The notes under the pieces were generated by a model. That model was not told the DNA's origin. It saw nothing but the letters and a program-made list of their open reading frames with translations, and did not search any database. Below are positions 60,301-64,000 of a DNA stretch of 64,000 nt, in pieces. Every line of letters begins with the position of its first letter. Position 1 is the stretch's first letter. Origin of the DNA: Felis catus. Its lineage: Eukaryota. Location of the stretch: positions 108,252,001 through 108,316,000 of the forward strand of contig NC_058377.1 of the NCBI RefSeq assembly GCF_018350175.1, read 5' to 3'. A program made the position numbers and the translations under genes.

Positions 60301-63300
60301 TCCCTGCAGCTGGGCAGCTCCTCCTACTTCCTCCGCCCCCACTCCCTCCTCTTCACATTCCTGTCCCCCCCTCCGCCTTGCAAGAACATGAATGGGCTGC
60401 CTGTGTGGCCGGCCCGGCCCGGGTCACCCTGGGGCACCACCCTGTCCAGGAGGAGGGTGGCTAGAGGCCCCAGCATGAAGTCAGTGCCCACTTGGTTCCC
60501 TGGCTGGGTTCGGGAAGGCTGAAAGGCCATTTCTTCTTTGACTCAGGCACCTCGGAACCCTTGGCTGCCCCCCAACCCCAGAGTGGGTTAAGCTATGACA
60601 AATGCCCCAGGGCTGTAAGGGGGGAGGGGTGCTGTGGGCTGGAGCCACCCCTCAAGCTGGATGTTTGGGGAATGTCTGTCCTTCTCAGTGCCCTTGTCAC
60701 TCTGCATGGAACAGGCTCCAGGGACCATCAGTCTCATTCGAGTGAAAGCCTCCAGACAGGAAGGTCCTGTCTGAAAGTGTGTGGGACCGCAGGGTCAGTG
60801 TAGTCCTGCTCTGATCACGGGAGTCCCCTGAGCTGCTGGAGCTCGAGATCAGGGCTGGGCTGTAGACAGAAGGAAGGGCACCATTGCCCCCGGTCCACTC
60901 TCCCTCTCAGTGTGTCCAGAGGTCCCAGCTGGTCAGTTACCTTGGTCACCTCACAGGTAGGTCCAGAGCCGCCTCCCAGCACCCCTGTGGCGGCCAGTGA
61001 TCTAAATGCCGGGGACACAGTGGGAAGCAGGACTAAAGGTGTCCCTGCCCTGGGGGAACTCGCAGTCTGAAGTGTGGTGCAGGAGCTGTGGTCCTGGTTG
61101 CCACTAACTCTTGGTGGCCTTGGGCAGGCACTGTCTTTCTTTGGACTTCAGTTTCCCACCTGTTCAGTGGATGGTCTCCGTACCCTCTGGCTCTGGCATC
61201 CTCTGAGCATCCCGGTGCAAAGCATGTGGAAGCTGAGTGGCCGGCTGGGTAGGGTTGAAGACGGAGCCTTTCTTGGAGGGGAGAGGGCGCTGCCACTGGG
61301 TGTGGCAGAGGCGGCGGCAGATGGGTGGGGGCAAGGATCTAGGTTGGAAATGAGGGACAAGGAGCCACTGGGAAGTCTGAATATCTGAGAAACATTGGAG
61401 GAGAAAGGGGTGTGAGGAAGCTGAATGCAGGGGTGGATGGGAGACGCTGCAAGCAGGAGGGAGACCAGTTTGGGGGGATTTGGCTACTGGTTTGTGTTAA
61501 GATCAGGGACCAGATGGGGGCGCCTGGGTGGCTCAGTTGGTTAAGCAACTGACTTTGGCTCAGGTCGTGATCTCACAGTTCGTGAGTTTAAGTCCCACTC
61601 CGGGTGAGCTCGAGCCCCACTTCGGGAGAATACAAGCCCCGCTTTGGGTGAACCCAGCTTCTCTCTCTCTCCCCTCTCTGCCCCTTGCTTACTTGCGCCC
61701 TCTCTCTCCCAAAAAAAAAAAAAAAAAAAGATCGGGGATCAGATGGAAGCCCAAAGAACAGAGGTAAAGACCCTTGGCTTCATGCTAGCAGGATAAGGTG
61801 CCCAGCCCCCTGGTGGGGGATGAGGGAGGAGATAGGGGTCAGAAGCAGGGTCAGAAGGCAGGAGTAGCTAGTTGATGGCATGGATATTGCCACTTCCCCA
61901 CTCCCTTACCTCCAGCAGCCATCCTCATTCATCTGATGGCTTGGAAGTGGCCTCTGACTTCTCAAAGGCTGTGGTCACTGATGCGTAAGGTGAAAGTGCT
62001 TTCTCATTCCTGGCCCGGGGTGTCGAGCCCTGGGGCCAGCTGGCTGCCCAGACTCAAGGGGCCACGAGAGATGCACTTGGCCATTCTGTCCACCCATGTG
62101 AGGGCCTGCGGTGGGCCAGCGGTAAAGCAGTGAATGGGATAGAGCCACTCTTGCCCGGCTGACCCGAGGACTCAGCAGCTAGTGGAGCATAGGCAGGGAG
62201 GTGACATCAGATAGTGGTAAACGCCGTAAAGGCAACCACATGAGGGTGTAGTTGGCACGGAGGAAGTTGATGAGGGGAGCTGCCTCAGTGAAGGGTCTGG
62301 GGAAGGACACGCTTGAACTGAGACCCAAGCCAGCCGGTCATGTGGGGGGCGGTGTGGGGGGAAGCCTGAGGCTGGAGGAACAGCGCGTACAAAGGCCCTG
62401 AGGCACCGACATGGCTGGGGAGATTCAAGCTGTCGAAGAAGGCCGGTGTGGCAGGAGCAGAGCGGGAGAAGGAGTGAGGAGGAAATGAGGTGGGCAAGCT
62501 GGATGGCATGGAATAAAGGTCAGCCAGAGTTCCTGGGGAGGATGCTGGAGGTGAGGCCTGGAGAGGAGGAAGCCCAGGCTCTGCCAGGGGCAAGAGAAGA
62601 CAGCCTCTTGGGTCTGTGGGTCCCAGTTATCAGCTTTGGGCTCTGCTTCCTGATGGCAGTGCTGGGTTCTCCTGTACCACCATCTCCGGCTCTTTCTGTC
62701 GGCCACCGCCTCTCGTGCTGGAGGGAACAGTCAGAGGCTGGTGCTGCCTAGAGCCTGACCCTCTCTCACCTGTTGTGGGACTTTGGACAAGTGACTTAAC
62801 CTCTCTGTGCCTCATTTCTCTGCCTGAGTGAAACGAGCATAGCGTTCTTACAGAGCAGATGCACGTAAACCACTCGGAATGGTTCGGGGTGCTTGTACCT
62901 GCTCAGTTAATACCGGCCACGACGGCCATCGTCGTCGCCTTCGTTCGCGGGTGGCAGTCGTACTGGTCAGAGGCCACGCTCACGGCCGCTTCCCCTCTCG
63001 TCCCGCAGAGGTGCAGCTGAAGCCCAAGCACCAGCCCTACAAGCTGGGCCGCCAGTGGCCGGAACTGCTGCTGCGTTTTACCGACGCCCCCGATGACGAT
63101 GTGGCCATGGGTCAGTGCCGCCGCCCGCTGGCCCGCATCTCTCCCAGGCACCCTCGGCCACTCCTTCCAGGGGAAGACCCTTGGTGTGGAGGGGTGGGGG
63201 GCAGACTGTGCCAGGGGCCAGGGAGGGCAGCCCCTGGGGCCTTTGGGCCTCACTAACCAGCTTTTGCAGGATCCTTGAGGGGAACCCAGGAGGGGGGTGG

Positions 63301-63818
63301 CCCCGGGGGTCAGCAAGTGCATTGAGACAAGCCAGCCTCCCAGTCTCTGGACAGCCCTCCGGCTTTGTCAGTCGTGGTGGGTGAGGGGGGCACTAGCCTG
63401 CCAGGGGAGAGGGCCGGGCCAAGCCAGGGAGCCGCGCGGTGACCCCAGCCTCTCTCCCCAGATGAGCCTTCCCTGCAGTTCCGAAGGAACGTGTTTTTCC
63501 CAAAGCGGCGGGAGCTCCAGGTGAGGCGGTGAGCGCCAGGCGGTGCCCCCGTCCCTGGGGCCCTGTGTCCGGCCTCCCCTTGTCCGCAGACCCCCGGACA
63601 CTGGTGTGCCACCCCAGCTGAGCAGCCCCTCCGTCCCGCACCGGCCCACAGATCCACGACGAGGAGGTCCTGCGGCTGCTCTATGAGGAGGCCAAAGGCA
63701 ACGTGCTGGCCGCACGGTACCCATGTGACGTGGAGGACTGCGAGGCCCTGGGTGCCCTGGTGTGCCGCGTGCAGCTCGGGCCCTACCAGCCTGGCCAGCC
63801 CACTGCCTGTGCCGTGAG
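57392..63818 (+). CDS. FRMD8: FERM domain containing 8 (iTAP), first five coding exons, partial
   Basis: Exons 57392-57476, 58904-59071, 63009-63110, 63462-63520, 63652-63818 splice in frame: [39 protein letters not shown]...[24 protein letters not shown]...[35 protein letters not shown]. Continues beyond the window. Confidence 0.95.
61516..61729 (+). mobile_element. Variant Can-SINE with triplicated internal motif
   Basis: TSD AAGATC(A/G)GGGA(C/T)CAGATGG at 61499 and 61728; pure A19 tail. Confidence 0.9.
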
Positions 63819-64000
63819 GTGAGGGCCAGTGGGACCTGGGGCGGGGGCACGGGGTGGGGAGGGTTGTCCCGGAGCCCTGCTTGCAGGTGACCCGACAGGA
63901 TCTGGAGTCGGGAGGCATAGGCCCCCTGGGGCTGGCCCTGACGCTGTGTGACCTTGAGCAACTCACCCCACCTCTCTGAGCCTCCTTTTCCTCGTCTGCT

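Overview
Mammalian genomic DNA from a felid (cat family), judged by abundant felid-type Can-SINEs. It contains three N-gaps (11480-11654, 17910-18064, 27498-27645). The gene order matches the block I recall from human 11q13.1: CDC42EP2 (+, single coding exon, carrying a 1-bp frameshift in this assembly), DPF2 (+, 11 coding exons, intact 391 aa), TIGD3 (+, domesticated pogo/Tigger transposase, 471 aa), SLC25A45 (-, 6 coding exons, intact 289 aa) and the first five coding exons of FRMD8 (+, runs off the window). Introns and intergenic DNA hold about 30 Can-SINEs plus L1, L2, MIR, a MaLR solo LTR and MER DNA-transposon remnants. I found no support for a previously undescribed gene system. The best leads are the CDC42EP2 frameshift, a gap that probably hides the regulated DPF2 alternative exon, the catalytically dead TIGD3, tandem SINE pairs sharing one target-site duplication, a 34-bp L1 micro-insertion, CTCF sites, and a liver/kidney-type motif cluster in SLC25A45. 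Gene and repeat identities come from recognition of sequence, not from database searches.
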